Assembly: GCA_963767925.1 (NCBI GenBank)
Contig: CAVYGB010000002.1
Span: 896,001-960,000 of the forward strand
Direction of reading: 5' to 3'
Length of the DNA stretch: 64,000 nucleotides
From: an uncultured delta proteobacterium
GTDB taxonomy: Bacteria; Myxococcota_A; Polyangia; Fen-1088
Position 1 is the first letter of the stretch; each line of letters starts with the position of its first letter. A model generated the notes under the pieces. It was not told the origin of the DNA and ran no database searches. It saw only the letters and a program-made list of their open reading frames with translations. A program made the translations under genes and the position numbers. Positions 31,751 to 41,769 of this stretch are shown here, piece after piece.

Positions 31751-33256
31751 TCAGTGGGTCTCGCGACCGCCGAGGGTGCCGTCGGGCTCGGGGGGCTCGG
31801 GGTCCTCCAGGCCGAGGACCGTGTCGAGCAGGGCCTTGCGGGCCGGGAGGAACACGTTGACCAGGGCGGGGGACAGGACGAAGCGGACCTGCCCGTCGAC
31901 GGTCTCGGTCTGGCTCTCGGTGACGTGGGTGAAGCCCAGCGACGCGGGCCAGGTGATGCCGCCGCCGAGGTCGAGGTTGTTGTTGAAGCGGTGGCAGCCG
32001 GCGCAGGACAGGGCCTGCAGGCGGGCCACGATGTTCTCGGGGGTGAGCGTGCTGCCGAGGGTGGTGAGGCGCTGCTGGATGCGGTCGCGGAAGGCAGGCG
32101 GCGCGGCCAGGAACTGGGTGAGGTAGTTGTTTTCGGTCGACCCCGACGCGTGGCTCTGACCGGTGTTGAACTTGTCGGGCACGTTGATGCTGGCGGCGTC
32201 GAAGGCCGGCAGGGCCAGCTTGGCCACCAGGCGGTTGGGCTCGGCGGCCTGGAACTCGTTGACCCGGGGATGCCCGGCGGGGTCGCCGAACAGGGGTCCG
32301 AAGGGGTTGAGCTTGTCGGTGACGGGCTGCAGGCGCATGGCGCTGCAGCTCTGGCCGGTGCAGGTGCGGATCAGCTTGAACTCCCGCAGGGTCCAGATGG
32401 GGGGCGTGACGTTGACGAACTGGTTGGTGCGGATCTGGCCCACGCCGCGCGGGTTGTCCCCGAAGTGCCGGGCCTTGAGCACGGGTGGGTAAGGGCCGCC
32501 GCCCTGGAAGAAGAGCTGCTCGAGCAGCGCCCCGCGCTGGTTCGGGTCGCTTTGCGCCGACAGGCCGGCGAGGAGCTCGACCAGGGGCCGGCAGCCGCGC
32601 AGGCGGCCATCGGCCCGCGGGTTGGGCAGGTATCCCTCGAAGATGATGAGGTTGCGCTGGGTCGCGCTCGTGATGCCCGAGCGCTTGGCGTAGACCAGCC
32701 GGTATTCGCCGCAGGAGCCGGTGGTCTTGCGCGCCAGATCCGGGCGCATGAAGACGCCGATGGGGAGGTACGAGTCGGGGTTGGAGGCCAGCGGCTCGGC
32801 GAAGGGATCGGCGGTGGCCTGCCCTCCCTCCGAGGGGGCCGGCCGGCAGGTGTAGGGGTACGTGTTGAGCGTGGGCGCGCCGTTGCTGTCGACCTGGTCG
32901 TTACAGTGCGCGCCCTGCCCCAGCCCCGGGCCCGGGTTCTGGGTGTCCCACCACTGCCGGAACAGGCTCAGCGAGGTCAGGCCCGGGACGCCGCTGTCGG
33001 CGACGAGCTGGTCGAGTACCCGCTTGAAGGGAAAGCGGGCAAGGATGATCTGCTCGGTGGCGACGAGCGATCGGCGCGCATCGACGCCAGCGAGCGTGCG
33101 GACGGGCGCCGAGGTCAACCCGAGCGCCGCGCGCGGCGCCGGTTCGGTGGAGAGACGGGGATCGGTTGGCGGCGGCAGCTCCTGGGATTGGCAGGCAGCC
33201 CCGACAAATCCGAGGGCCAGCCCTGCAAGGGTGATCGCGTGGCGGTTCCGTGTCAT
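31751..33256 (-). CDS. Uncharacterised lipoprotein with single C-terminal CxxCH (putative c-type cytochrome)
   Basis: Lipobox VGAAC; SCAGCH; several additional Cys; GEYRLVY, LREFKL. Confidence 0.75.
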   Translation of the reverse strand: MTRNRHAITLAGLALGFVGAACQSQELPPPTDPRLSTEPAPRAALGLTSAPVRTLAGVDARRSLVATEQIILARFPFKRVLDQLVADSGVPGLTSLSLFRQWWDTQNPGPGLGQGAHCNDQVDSNGAPTLNTYPYTCRPAPSEGGQATADPFAEPLASNPDSYLPIGVFMRPDLARKTTGSCGEYRLVYAKRSGITSATQRNLIIFEGYLPNPRADGRLRGCRPLVELLAGLSAQSDPNQRGALLEQLFFQGGGPYPPVLKARHFGDNPRGVGQIRTNQFVNVTPPIWTLREFKLIRTCTGQSCSAMRLQPVTDKLNPFGPLFGDPAGHPRVNEFQAAEPNRLVAKLALPAFDAASINVPDKFNTGQSHASGSTENNYLTQFLAAPPAFRDRIQQRLTTLGSTLTPENIVARLQALSCAGCHRFNNNLDLGGGITWPASLGFTHVTESQTETVDGQVRFVLSPALVNVFLPARKALLDTVLGLEDPEPPEPDGTLGGRETH

Positions 33257-33497
33257 GTCGCTCGCTTTCCGTTTCGACAACGGACCCCCCGAGGACCCCG
33301 TCACCATCGGGACTGCCTCGACGAGCTTGAGCACCGAAGAAACCCCCACCGCAAAATCGGGCGCTGAGGCCGCGCGACACAGGCCCCGAGCGACCCGCCG
33401 CCGGAGCGATGCCAGATCGAGTCTGCCCTCGGCGGCCCTGCCGTCGACGGTTTCGATCCGATCCTCAGTGACACACGTACCGGGCGGGCGTTCCTCC

Positions 33498-33722
33498 CTA
33501 CCCTTCTCGCGGGCTGACGGGGCGGAGGCGGGTGCCTACCGAGGTGAGGCGCTGGCACATGGTCGTGAGGGCGGCCATGGCGCGGAGGCGCTGGGTGACG
33601 GCGGAGGCGGTCATGTCGACGCCCTTGACGATGAAGCCACGGGCTTGCTGACGGAGGGCCATCTCGCGCAGGCGCGCGGTGATTGCAGCCGGGCGCATGT
33701 CGATGGGGCGGGCATCAGCCAC
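33498..33722 (-). CDS. Small basic protein (74 aa) with internal duplication, coupled to the nucleotidyltransferase
   Basis: GTG 33722 overlaps the upstream stop; DMRPAAITARLREMA / DMTASAVTQRLRAMA. Confidence 0.7.
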   Translation of the reverse strand: MADARPIDMRPAAITARLREMALRQQARGFIVKGVDMTASAVTQRLRAMAALTTMCQRLTSVGTRLRPVSPREG

Positions 33723-34167
33723 GGCTGAGCTCCTGCAGGCGCGCGACGTCCGCGAGGTCCTGGGGGCGGCCGGCGGCCAGCTTGAGCGCGACCAGTCCTT
33801 CGCGCGACACCACGCGGATGGTGCCGCCTTCGAACGCCGCGCTCTGGCGGCCGGCCCAGACACGTTCGGTGGGACCGGCGACGAAGAGCAGGTCCAGCAT
33901 CAGCGGCTGGTCGCCAATCAGCTTCGTGAACCGCTGGATCGTGATGCCGCTGGCGAAGTCCATCGGGAGCGATTCGAGGGTGAAGCCCAGCGGGGTCACC
34001 ACCTGGCGCAGGCGGCCGAGGTCCTCGGGGCGCAGCAGCAGGTCGATGTCCTGGGTGGCTCGCGGAGCGCCGTGGATGGCGAGGGCCACGCCCCCACACA
34101 GGGCGTAGTCGACGCCAGCGGCTTCGAGCCCGGCGACGAGCCCCCTCAGCTCCTCGAAAAGGTCCAC
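33715..34167 (-). CDS. Pol-beta superfamily nucleotidyltransferase (DUF6036/AbiEii-like)
   Basis: YALCGGVALAIHGAPRATQDIDLL and SREGLVALK..AGRPQDLAD motifs. Confidence 0.85.
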   Translation of the reverse strand: MDLFEELRGLVAGLEAAGVDYALCGGVALAIHGAPRATQDIDLLLRPEDLGRLRQVVTPLGFTLESLPMDFASGITIQRFTKLIGDQPLMLDLLFVAGPTERVWAGRQSAAFEGGTIRVVSREGLVALKLAAGRPQDLADVARLQELSRG

Positions 34168-34362
34168 GCACAGTCATTATAGCGCCCTCGCGGGAGGTCC
34201 TCTGACAGGGCGCCATCGTCGGTGGGTTGGCGGAGGACGCCAAAGATGTTGTCGAAGATCTGCGAGCCGGATTGGCGGAGGCAGCGCGCCCGACGCGGGG
34301 TGGTCGGCTTCCTCGGTCGCGGGGGGATGCTGGACACGCATGCTATTCTCGGAGAGGTGACC

Positions 34363-34785
34363 GTGGTTGCCGTCGTGCCTGCTGAGCTGCTTGCGCGGCT
34401 GGGCGCCGTCCTGGCGGCGCGCGGCGGGCTGCGGCTGGCTGTCCTCTTCGGATCGGGCGCCACCGGGCGACTGCGTCCGGACAGCGATCTCGACGTGGCG
34501 GTCTGGCCGCTCTCGCCAGCCGCCGAGCTCGACGACCTGTCGCTCCAGTCCGAGCTCACCCTCGAGGCGGGCCGCGAGGTCGACCTGGTCCGCATCGATC
34601 ACGCTTCCACCCTGCTCAAGTGGCAGATCGCCAAGAACGCGGTGTCGATCCTCGAGGCGTCTCCGGGCGAGCTCGCTCGCTTCCGGGCGTATGCCGCCAG
34701 CGAATACGCCGACTTTGCCCCGACGTTCGAACATCACGCAGAGCGATTTCGCCGCCGCTTGATCGAGCAGGCCGAGATGCCATGA
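34363..34785 (+). CDS. mntA: MNT antitoxin (type VII TA, MntA-like adenylyltransferase); start approximate
   Basis: LFGSGATGRLRPDSDLDVAV = GS-X10-DxD; REVDLV; GGAGAGG RBS. Confidence 0.88.
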   Translation: MVAVVPAELLARLGAVLAARGGLRLAVLFGSGATGRLRPDSDLDVAVWPLSPAAELDDLSLQSELTLEAGREVDLVRIDHASTLLKWQIAKNAVSILEASPGELARFRAYAASEYADFAPTFEHHAERFRRRLIEQAEMP

Positions 34786-35273
34786 CGGATGCCAATCTGG
34801 TGCTGGCCAAGCTCGGCGTGCTCAAGGAGCAGGCCGAGCGCATGGAGCGGCGTCGAGCGGTCGACCTGGATGCGTTTCGACAGGACGTGGATCGTCAGGA
34901 TGCCCTCGCCATGAGCCTCCTGGTGGCCCTGCAAGAGGCTGTCGACATCGCCATGCACGTGGCCTCCGACGAGGGGTGGGGCGTGGCCCCGTCTTATGCC
35001 GAGAGCTTCCAGCGGCTGGCACTGCACGGGGTGATCGATCCGGGGCTCGCCGCCCGCCTCGCGAACATTGCCTCGCTGCGAAATCGCGTCGCCCACGGCT
35101 ACGCCACTCCCGACTTCGAGAGGCTCTGGCGAGAGGCTCCGATGGGGATCGAGGCGTTTCGCCAGTTCGCGGCCAGGATGGCGAGCTACCTGGCGGCCGG
35201 CCTGGCCCGGAGATTTTGTCTCCCCGCTGGCTGTTCGCCCTCGCCCCGCGGCCGCGGGGCGAAGGAGGGGTGA
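34782..35273 (+). CDS. hepT: HEPN RNase toxin (HepT/DUF86)
   Basis: RNRVAHGY = RX4HXY; ATGA overlap with mntA; C-terminus runs into a repeat element. Confidence 0.9.
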   Translation: MTDANLVLAKLGVLKEQAERMERRRAVDLDAFRQDVDRQDALAMSLLVALQEAVDIAMHVASDEGWGVAPSYAESFQRLALHGVIDPGLAARLANIASLRNRVAHGYATPDFERLWREAPMGIEAFRQFAARMASYLAAGLARRFCLPAGCSPSPRGRGAKEG

Positions 35274-35282
35274 GGGGTCCGG
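35214..35282. repeat. Right half of the palindromic MITE/REP-like element
   Basis: GTTCGCCCTCGCCCCGCGG...GAAGGAGGGGTGAGGGGTC matches 24856-24906. Confidence 0.8.
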
Positions 35283-35291
35283 GGCTGGCGG

Positions 35292-37996
35292 TCAGGGAGT
35301 CCACCAGTAGGTGGCTTTCAGCATGACCACGGTCTCGGGGCGGGCGGCGCGGAGGGTGCGGTAGGAGCGGCGGAGGGCGAAGCGGCTGTCGTCCTCTTCG
35401 GTGTCCTGGTTCTGGTTCCAGACCAGGTAGACGGTCGAGCCGGGGCGGTACTCCCAGCGGAGGACGGCGCTGGCCCGGAAGCGAGACGAAGGTCGACGAC
35501 TCGGAGGCCGGGTCGATCTCGGTGGGGAGGAAGGCGTAGCTGCGGGGGGCGGCGAGCTGGCGGATGCTGCGGTAGTGGATGGCGGAGACGAGGGGCTGGG
35601 CGAACAGCTCGAGCGAGAGCTTGGGGGTGAAGATGCAGTTGAGGCGGATGTCGGCGGAGAGGGTCTTCTGGTCGAGCTCGCCGAACAGGTAGCGGTTGCC
35701 GTAGGTGGCGGTGGCGGCGGGATCCTCGAGGGTGTCGATGTACTGGGCGGCGCTCTGCTCGGCGGAGAAGCTGGGGCCGACGTTCAGCGAGAGGCGGTCG
35801 AGCGGGCGCACCTCCACGAAGCCGCGCGCCACCCAGCTCCGGTTGTTCCAGGCGTAGCGGTTGAGGTCGCCGTTGAGGCCGACCGTCCAGCGCTTGCGGC
35901 CGTCGGTGGTGAGGCCGCCCGCCAGGTAGACGCCCCGCGGGTTGAGCATGAGGGGGCCGCCCCGGGTCTGCCGGTTGTTCACCGTGCCGGGGTTGTAGAT
36001 GGCGGTGAGAAAGCCGTTCCAGAAGTTGAGGAACTGGGCCTCGCTGGTGACGAACAGGCCCTGCCAGATGCCGTTGCCCTCGAAGTCCCAGCTCGCGAAG
36101 GCCGCCGGGATGACAAGCACGCGCCGGAACAGCTTGCCCGGGTCGGGCCACTGGTAACCGGCGCCGAAGTGGGCGTTGACCAGGTCGCTGACCGAGCCGA
36201 AGCCGAGGTCGTTGATCTCCCAGCCGGGGCTCAGGGCGCCGAGGGCGGCGTTGAGCAGCACGTTGCCGTTCTGCTTGTTGAGCACCAGGCGGCCGGCGTA
36301 CCCGCCCAGCGCGGTGGCGGCGGGGTCGACGCCCACGTGGGTGGCGTCGGGGCGCTGGAAGTAGTGGACGCTGTTCTCTTGCAGGTCCTTCAGGCGGGCG
36401 GGGCTGCCCGTGACCCGGCTGCCGCCCATCCAGCCGCTGATCACCCAGGTCTTCGAGGCGTCGAGGAAGGTCCAGCCGTCGACTCCGAGGACCGCCGCCG
36501 TGCCATTGAGCTGATCCCGCAACGGCGTGACCGCGGAGAGGGTTGGATCGACGAGGTCCAGCGCCGGCGTCCCCGCCCTGCGCGCAGGCGCCACCCGCCG
36601 CAGCCCGGACGCCCCGGCCCCCAGCGCCGGCGCCGCGGCCGGCCCGCCCTGGAAGTCGCGCACCACCAGGGTCGACATCAGCCCCAGCCCCTGGCGCCCG
36701 CCGTTGATCTCGTTCTGGACGCGGGTCGCGCCGTAATAGGTGACCGGCTCGGCCTCGACCCGGGTCTGGACGCCGCCGCTGCTGAAGCGGGCGTATTCGC
36801 GCTGGGTGAGGGCGTGGACCGTGCCGACGTTCCAGCTCCCGAGCTTGCCGGTCAGCTTGGCGGCGCCGAGGATGTCGGTCGTCTGCGGGACCTGCTCGTA
36901 GTCGTTGTCGGGCAAGCTCACCTGCGGCGTGCGCCCGATGCGCCGGCTGTACACCAGATCCGGGCCCGGCCAGTTGAAGCCCCAGAAGTTGCGCGAGCCG
37001 CCGCTGCCGAAGCCGGTGAAGACGCTGGCCCCCTCGATGAAAAACGGCCGCCGCTCCGGGAAATACACCTCCCGGTCCGACAGGTTCACCACCGCGGGGT
37101 CGACCTCGACCTGGCCGAAGTCGGGGTACACCGTGGCGTCGAGGGTGAGGTGGCTGCCGAGCCCGACCTTGAGGTCGGCCCCCACCCGCGGGGTGGCGCC
37201 CCACCCCGTCCGGAACGGATCGCCGGCCTCTCCCGGCGTGTCGACCCGGAAGCTGGCGTAAGGCGCCAGCTCGATGCGGGTGGGCGGGCGGATGGCGCCC
37301 AGGGCCTGCAGCTCCGGGAAGCGCGAGACGAAGCCGCTGCCCCGGCGCGGGGTGTAGGCCAGCAGGTTGTGCTCGTTGTGGCGGGCGATCACCCGTTCGA
37401 AGTTGATCCCCCAGGTGTGGGCGCTGTCCTTGAAGCGGAGCTGCGAAAACGGGATGCGCATCTCCACCGTCCAGCCCTGCCCGTCGCGGACCACCTCGCT
37501 CTGCCAGACCCCGTCCCAGCTATCGTCGCGCCAGTCGTCGTTCATCAGGGTGCCGTCGTACTGGGTGCCGGCGGCGTTGACCCCGAAGTAGACGCCGCTG
37601 CGGCGGTCGCGGTGCGGATCGAGGAAGACCGTGAACGAATCGGCCGTGACCCAGCGATCGCGGCGGGCGAGCTGCGACCGGATGGCCTGCGGCTGCGTGT
37701 CGAACAGCCGCGCCCCCACGTAGAGGGCGACGTCGTCGAAGGCCACCTTCACCTCGGTGCGCTCGGTCGGGTCGGCCCCCTCGGCGGGGTCGCTCTGGAT
37801 CAGGCCGGGGACCGGCGCGGCGCCCAGCCCAGACCGCCTCGGAGAGCTGGCCGTCGAGGACCACCTTCTCCGCGCAGCGGGCGGCCTGGATCGGGACGGC
37901 CGGTCGCGGGAGGCGCGCGGGCACGGCTGTGCGCAGCGCCGGCTGGCTGTCGGCCAGCAGCAGCGCCACGAGGGCGTCGACGAACGAGAGCAACAT
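35292..37996 (-). CDS. CBM9-like plus DUF5916 outer-membrane protein; frameshifts near 37825 and 35480
   Basis: LDGQLSEAVW / TEVKVAFDD.ALYVG, WTVEMRIPFSQLRF, LDATVYPDFGQVEVD, FPERRPFFIEG, YSRRIG; C-terminus VLRWEYRPGSTVYLVW..LKATYWW in another frame. Confidence 0.88.
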
Positions 37997-38018
37997 GCGG
38001 AGCGCGCGGGCCGCCGGG

Positions 38019-38258
38019 TCAGGCGCGCTTGCGCAGCTCGATGCTGCCGTTGACCGATTTTACGTTGAGGGTCCGGCCGCCGCCGCCGATGGTGCCCGTC
38101 ACCTTCTTGGGCCCCCACTTGCCCTTCACCTCGAGGCCGAAGGGGGCGAGCTTCTCTTTCCAGCTCCAGTCGGGGGCGGCCAGGGCCGGGCGCGTCGTCG
38201 CGGCGACGCTCAGGGCGGCGAAGAACAGGCTGACGGTCAGGGATCGGCTGGATTTCAT
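38019..38258 (-). pseudogene. Signal peptide joined to the last strands of a DUF4097/adhesin-type protein (probable internal deletion; may still be a 79-aa ORF)
   Basis: MKSSRSLTVSLFFAALSVAATTRPALAA then VTGTIGGGGRTLNVKSVNGSIELRK; AGGAG RBS. Confidence 0.6.
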
Positions 38259-38449
38259 GTGGGCTCCTCGTGCTGGAAGACCGGTTGCTGGGATCGGTGA
38301 CCGCAAGGCCGTCCCAGTTTCAACGAAACGGAGCGCATTAACGACATTCTGCCGACCGGAAAGTTCCAGAGCGTGGGCCAAATCACGTGTTAGATGACCG
38401 GGCAGGCTCGACGTCCGACCCACCGACCCTCACGGAAAGGAAGCAAGCG

Positions 38450-38938
38450 ATGGCCTTTTTCGATCGTGCGTTGAGCGCCGTGGGGCTGCGGCCCCGGTCG
38501 CAGGTCGCCGTGGGGCAGCCAGCGCCGGACTTCACCCTGTTCGACACCGAGGGGCAGGCCGTGTCTCTCAAGGAGCTGATCCGGCGCGGGCCGGTCATCC
38601 TGGCGTTTTACCCGAAGGCCTTCACCGGCGGCTGCACCCACGAGCTGCGCAGCTACGCCCAGCAGGAGGCGGAGCTGACGGCCAAGGGCGCGCAGCTCTG
38701 CGCCATCTCGCTCGACGACCGGGAGACGCTGGCCCGCTTCAAGGCCTCGCTGGGCGCCTCCTTCCGCTTCCTTTCTGACCCCGAGGGGGAGGTCTCGCGC
38801 CAGTACGGCGGCGTGTCGATGGGCACCGCCAACCGCGTGACCGTCACCATCGGTCAGGACGGCCACATCACCCGCCTGACCAGCGGGCTATCGGCGATCT
38901 TCCCGGGGGGCGACATCAGGGAGTGCCCCCGGGTGTGA
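38450..38938 (+). CDS. Peroxiredoxin (BCP/PrxQ, AhpC-TSA family)
   Basis: [20 protein letters not shown] (PxxxTxxC), FLSDP. Confidence 0.9.
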   Translation: MAFFDRALSAVGLRPRSQVAVGQPAPDFTLFDTEGQAVSLKELIRRGPVILAFYPKAFTGGCTHELRSYAQQEAELTAKGAQLCAISLDDRETLARFKASLGASFRFLSDPEGEVSRQYGGVSMGTANRVTVTIGQDGHITRLTSGLSAIFPGGDIRECPRV

Positions 38939-38970
38939 AGAACCGGGACCCCGCGGCGGGTCCCGGGTTG

Positions 38971-39044
38971 CGGACCCCTCACCCCCTCCCTCTCCCCGCT
39001 GCCGCGGGGCGAGGGCGACGGGCAGGGGGGAGCAGAGATTCGGG
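38971..39044. repeat. Half copy of the palindromic MITE/REP-like element
   Basis: GACCCCTCACCCC..CTCTCCCCGCTGCCGCGGGGCGAGGGCGA...AGATTCGGG = reverse complement of the right half of 24720-24906. Confidence 0.8.
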
Positions 39045-39063
39045 TGATGCCGGGCGTGTCCGG

Positions 39064-41769
39064 TCAGTGGCGCTTCAGGAAGGTGGTGACGCTGGACTGG
39101 TGGGCGGCGCGCATGGCGATGCAGAGGTCCATGCGCTCGAGGGTCTGGGCCAGCATGCGCGGGCCGCCGGGGGCCTTGGCGGCGCGGTCCTTGAAGAACG
39201 CCTCCAGGTCGGCCCGGTGCTCGGGGTCGCAGAAGGCGTTGCCCACGCCGGCGAGCTGCACCCCGAACTCGCGGGGCATGCGGGCGACGATCTCGTCGTT
39301 GTGCTCCTTGACGAACTCGTAGGCCGCCTGGCGGGTGCGGCGGTCGGAGGCGGCGCCGTAGACCAGGGTCAGCGACTCGCGCGGGTCGAAGGCGTCGGAC
39401 AGGGCGATGCGGAAGTTCTCCTGCACGATGGCCTTGTCGACGAACTCGCCCATCGCCCCCAGCAGGGCGTTGCGATCGCGCCGGTCCTTCTCCACCTTGG
39501 CCGCGGCGTGCAGCTTGTCCCACAGGGCCCGGTCGCCGTTGCGGGCGGCCGCGCCGAGCACGCTGCCCACCAGCTCGAGCGGGATGGCCTTGCGGTCGGT
39601 CAGCCACTTCTCGGTCAGCTTGCGGGCCTGGGCCTGGAGCTGCTCGTCCTCGCCGTCCTCGGCGACCATCGAGGCCAGGCCGGGGCGCAGCAGGCGGGTC
39701 TCGTCGTTCTCGTCGGCGCGCGGCTCCCAGCCCAGGCGGCGGGCGCGGGCCCCGAAGCTGGCCAGGATGACCCGGCGGTACTGCGCGCGCAGCGACTCGG
39801 GCACGTAGTGGTCCGACAGGCCGCCCAGCAGGGCCGCCGAGCTGGCCAGGATGTGGCGGTTGTCGTCGCGGGCCAGCAGCGGCACCAGGGCCAGCGCCTC
39901 GCCGTAGGGCAGGCGGCCGTTGCGCACCAGCGCGCTCACGTCGCCGAGCAGGGCCATGCGCTCGGGCACGGTGAGGGCCTTGCCGTCCTTCAACATGCGC
40001 TCGAGCAGGTTGCCCTTGTATTCGACCCGGTAGTACCCGGCGCCCTCGGCGTTGGCGAACACCCAGCGGGGACAGCCCTTGGCGTCGGTGAGCTCGAGCT
40101 CGCCCTGGGCCCCGGTGAGCAGGCCACAGGCCCGCCCGTCGGGGTGGCGGGCGCAGACCGGGATCTGCCAGGAGCCCTGGGCCTCGGCGGACTTGTCCCC
40201 GGTCCTGGTCGCCATCGAGCCGAGCGGCAGGTAGCGCTGCTGGCTGAGGGCCAGGCGCGCGGGGCGGCCCTTTTCACACTTCAGCTCTGCCGTCAGCAGC
40301 GGGTAGCCGGGCTGATCGAGGAAGGTGGAGAAGGCCTTCGCGAAGGTCTCCCCCTGTCCGGCGGCGGTCCCCACCTCCTTGAGGAAGTCGCCCGCCCCGG
40401 CGTTGCCGTGGGCGTGTTTGCGCAGGTACTTGCGCACCCCCGCCCGGAACTTCTCGGGGCCCACGAAGGACTCGAACATCGTGATGATGGCGGCGCCCTT
40501 GGTGTAGGTGATGCCGTCGAAGGCGTTGTAGATGTCGTGCATCGACTCGATCGGCTGGCGGATCCGCCGCGCCGACACCAGCGAGTCGAGGCCCATCACG
40601 CCGCTGCGCCCCTGCACGCGCTGGACCTGGCCGTCCCACTCGGGGTGCCACTCGTCGACGATCTTGCTCGAGATCCAGGTGGCGAAGGCCTCGTTGAGCC
40701 ACAGGTCGTCCCACCAGGACATTGTCACGAGGTCGCCGAACCAGATGTGACCGATCTCGTGGGCCCCGATGCTGAGGTAGCCGCGCTCGAGCCGGATGTT
40801 GCGCTGGTCGGGCTTGCCGAGGATGGTCGAGGTGCCGAAGGTGATGAGGCCGACGTTCTCCATGGCCCCGCCCTTCTGGGGCACGGCGATGTGGTCGAGC
40901 TTCTCGTAGGGGTAGGCGATGTCGAAGTAGCTCTCCATCCGGGTGAGGATCTCGCCGGTGGTCTTGACCGCGTAGGCCGCTTCGGGGGTCTTGCCCCGGG
41001 GGACGATGATCCGGATCTTGGTGCCCCGGCGGCCGAAGTTGCCGGCGTCGACAACCTCGAAGGGGCCGACGGCGAAGGCGACAAGGTAGCTCGGCAGCGG
41101 CTTGCTGGCGGCGAACATGAGGGTCTTCATGTCGCCGTTCGGGGTCTCGGAGACCTGGGGGGTGTTGGCGAAGGCCCGCAGCTTGGTCGGCACCTCCAGC
41201 GTGACCTGGTAGGGGATCTTGAAGGACGGCTCGTCGAAGCAGGGGAAGGCCCGGCGGGCGTCGGTGGCCTCGAACTGGGTGAAGATGTACCAGTCCCCGT
41301 TTTCGTCCTGCCGGTAGGGGCCGCTCGACTCGCGGGCGGGCAGCTTGCCGCTGAAGGTGAGGCTGAGCTGATAGCTGCCCGGGGCGATGGGGCGGTCGGC
41401 GCTCAGCGCCAGGTACTCGTCGGAGACGTGGGGGCGCAGGGCCTGCGGCCGGCCCTCGGCGATCAGCTCGGCCTTGCTGATGGTGAGGCCGGCGGCGTGC
41501 AACCAGATTGTGTCGGTCTGGGCGCGCACCTCGAGGTCGATCTCGGTGCTGCCGCCGAAGGCCTCCTCGGTGGGCACCAGGCGCAGGCGCACGGCCTGGC
41601 GGCGAGGCAGCGCCACCTCGGGCAGGCGCAGCCCGGGCGGGGTGGGGCCGGCGGTGGTGGTGCTCGCGGGCGCGGGCGGCGGCTCGGCGGTGGGCTCGCC
41701 GAGGGGCGCCGACTGACCGGCGCAGCCCAGGGCCACGAGCAACGGAACGAAACGGCGGAGAGTTGGCAT
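39064..41769 (-). CDS. pepN: M1 family zinc aminopeptidase lipoprotein (ERAP1-like C-terminus)
   Basis: Lipobox ALGC; TQFEATDARRAFPCFDEP, GAMEN, HEIGH...WLNEAFA, YTKGA. Confidence 0.93.
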   Translation of the reverse strand: MPTLRRFVPLLVALGCAGQSAPLGEPTAEPPPAPASTTTAGPTPPGLRLPEVALPRRQAVRLRLVPTEEAFGGSTEIDLEVRAQTDTIWLHAAGLTISKAELIAEGRPQALRPHVSDEYLALSADRPIAPGSYQLSLTFSGKLPARESSGPYRQDENGDWYIFTQFEATDARRAFPCFDEPSFKIPYQVTLEVPTKLRAFANTPQVSETPNGDMKTLMFAASKPLPSYLVAFAVGPFEVVDAGNFGRRGTKIRIIVPRGKTPEAAYAVKTTGEILTRMESYFDIAYPYEKLDHIAVPQKGGAMENVGLITFGTSTILGKPDQRNIRLERGYLSIGAHEIGHIWFGDLVTMSWWDDLWLNEAFATWISSKIVDEWHPEWDGQVQRVQGRSGVMGLDSLVSARRIRQPIESMHDIYNAFDGITYTKGAAIITMFESFVGPEKFRAGVRKYLRKHAHGNAGAGDFLKEVGTAAGQGETFAKAFSTFLDQPGYPLLTAELKCEKGRPARLALSQQRYLPLGSMATRTGDKSAEAQGSWQIPVCARHPDGRACGLLTGAQGELELTDAKGCPRWVFANAEGAGYYRVEYKGNLLERMLKDGKALTVPERMALLGDVSALVRNGRLPYGEALALVPLLARDDNRHILASSAALLGGLSDHYVPESLRAQYRRVILASFGARARRLGWEPRADENDETRLLRPGLASMVAEDGEDEQLQAQARKLTEKWLTDRKAIPLELVGSVLGAAARNGDRALWDKLHAAAKVEKDRRDRNALLGAMGEFVDKAIVQENFRIALSDAFDPRESLTLVYGAASDRRTRQAAYEFVKEHNDEIVARMPREFGVQLAGVGNAFCDPEHRADLEAFFKDRAAKAPGGPRMLAQTLERMDLCIAMRAAHQSSVTTFLKRH

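Noticed and set aside
38600..38650. Selenocysteine peroxiredoxin
   Set aside because: The peroxidatic codon is TGC (Cys), not TGA
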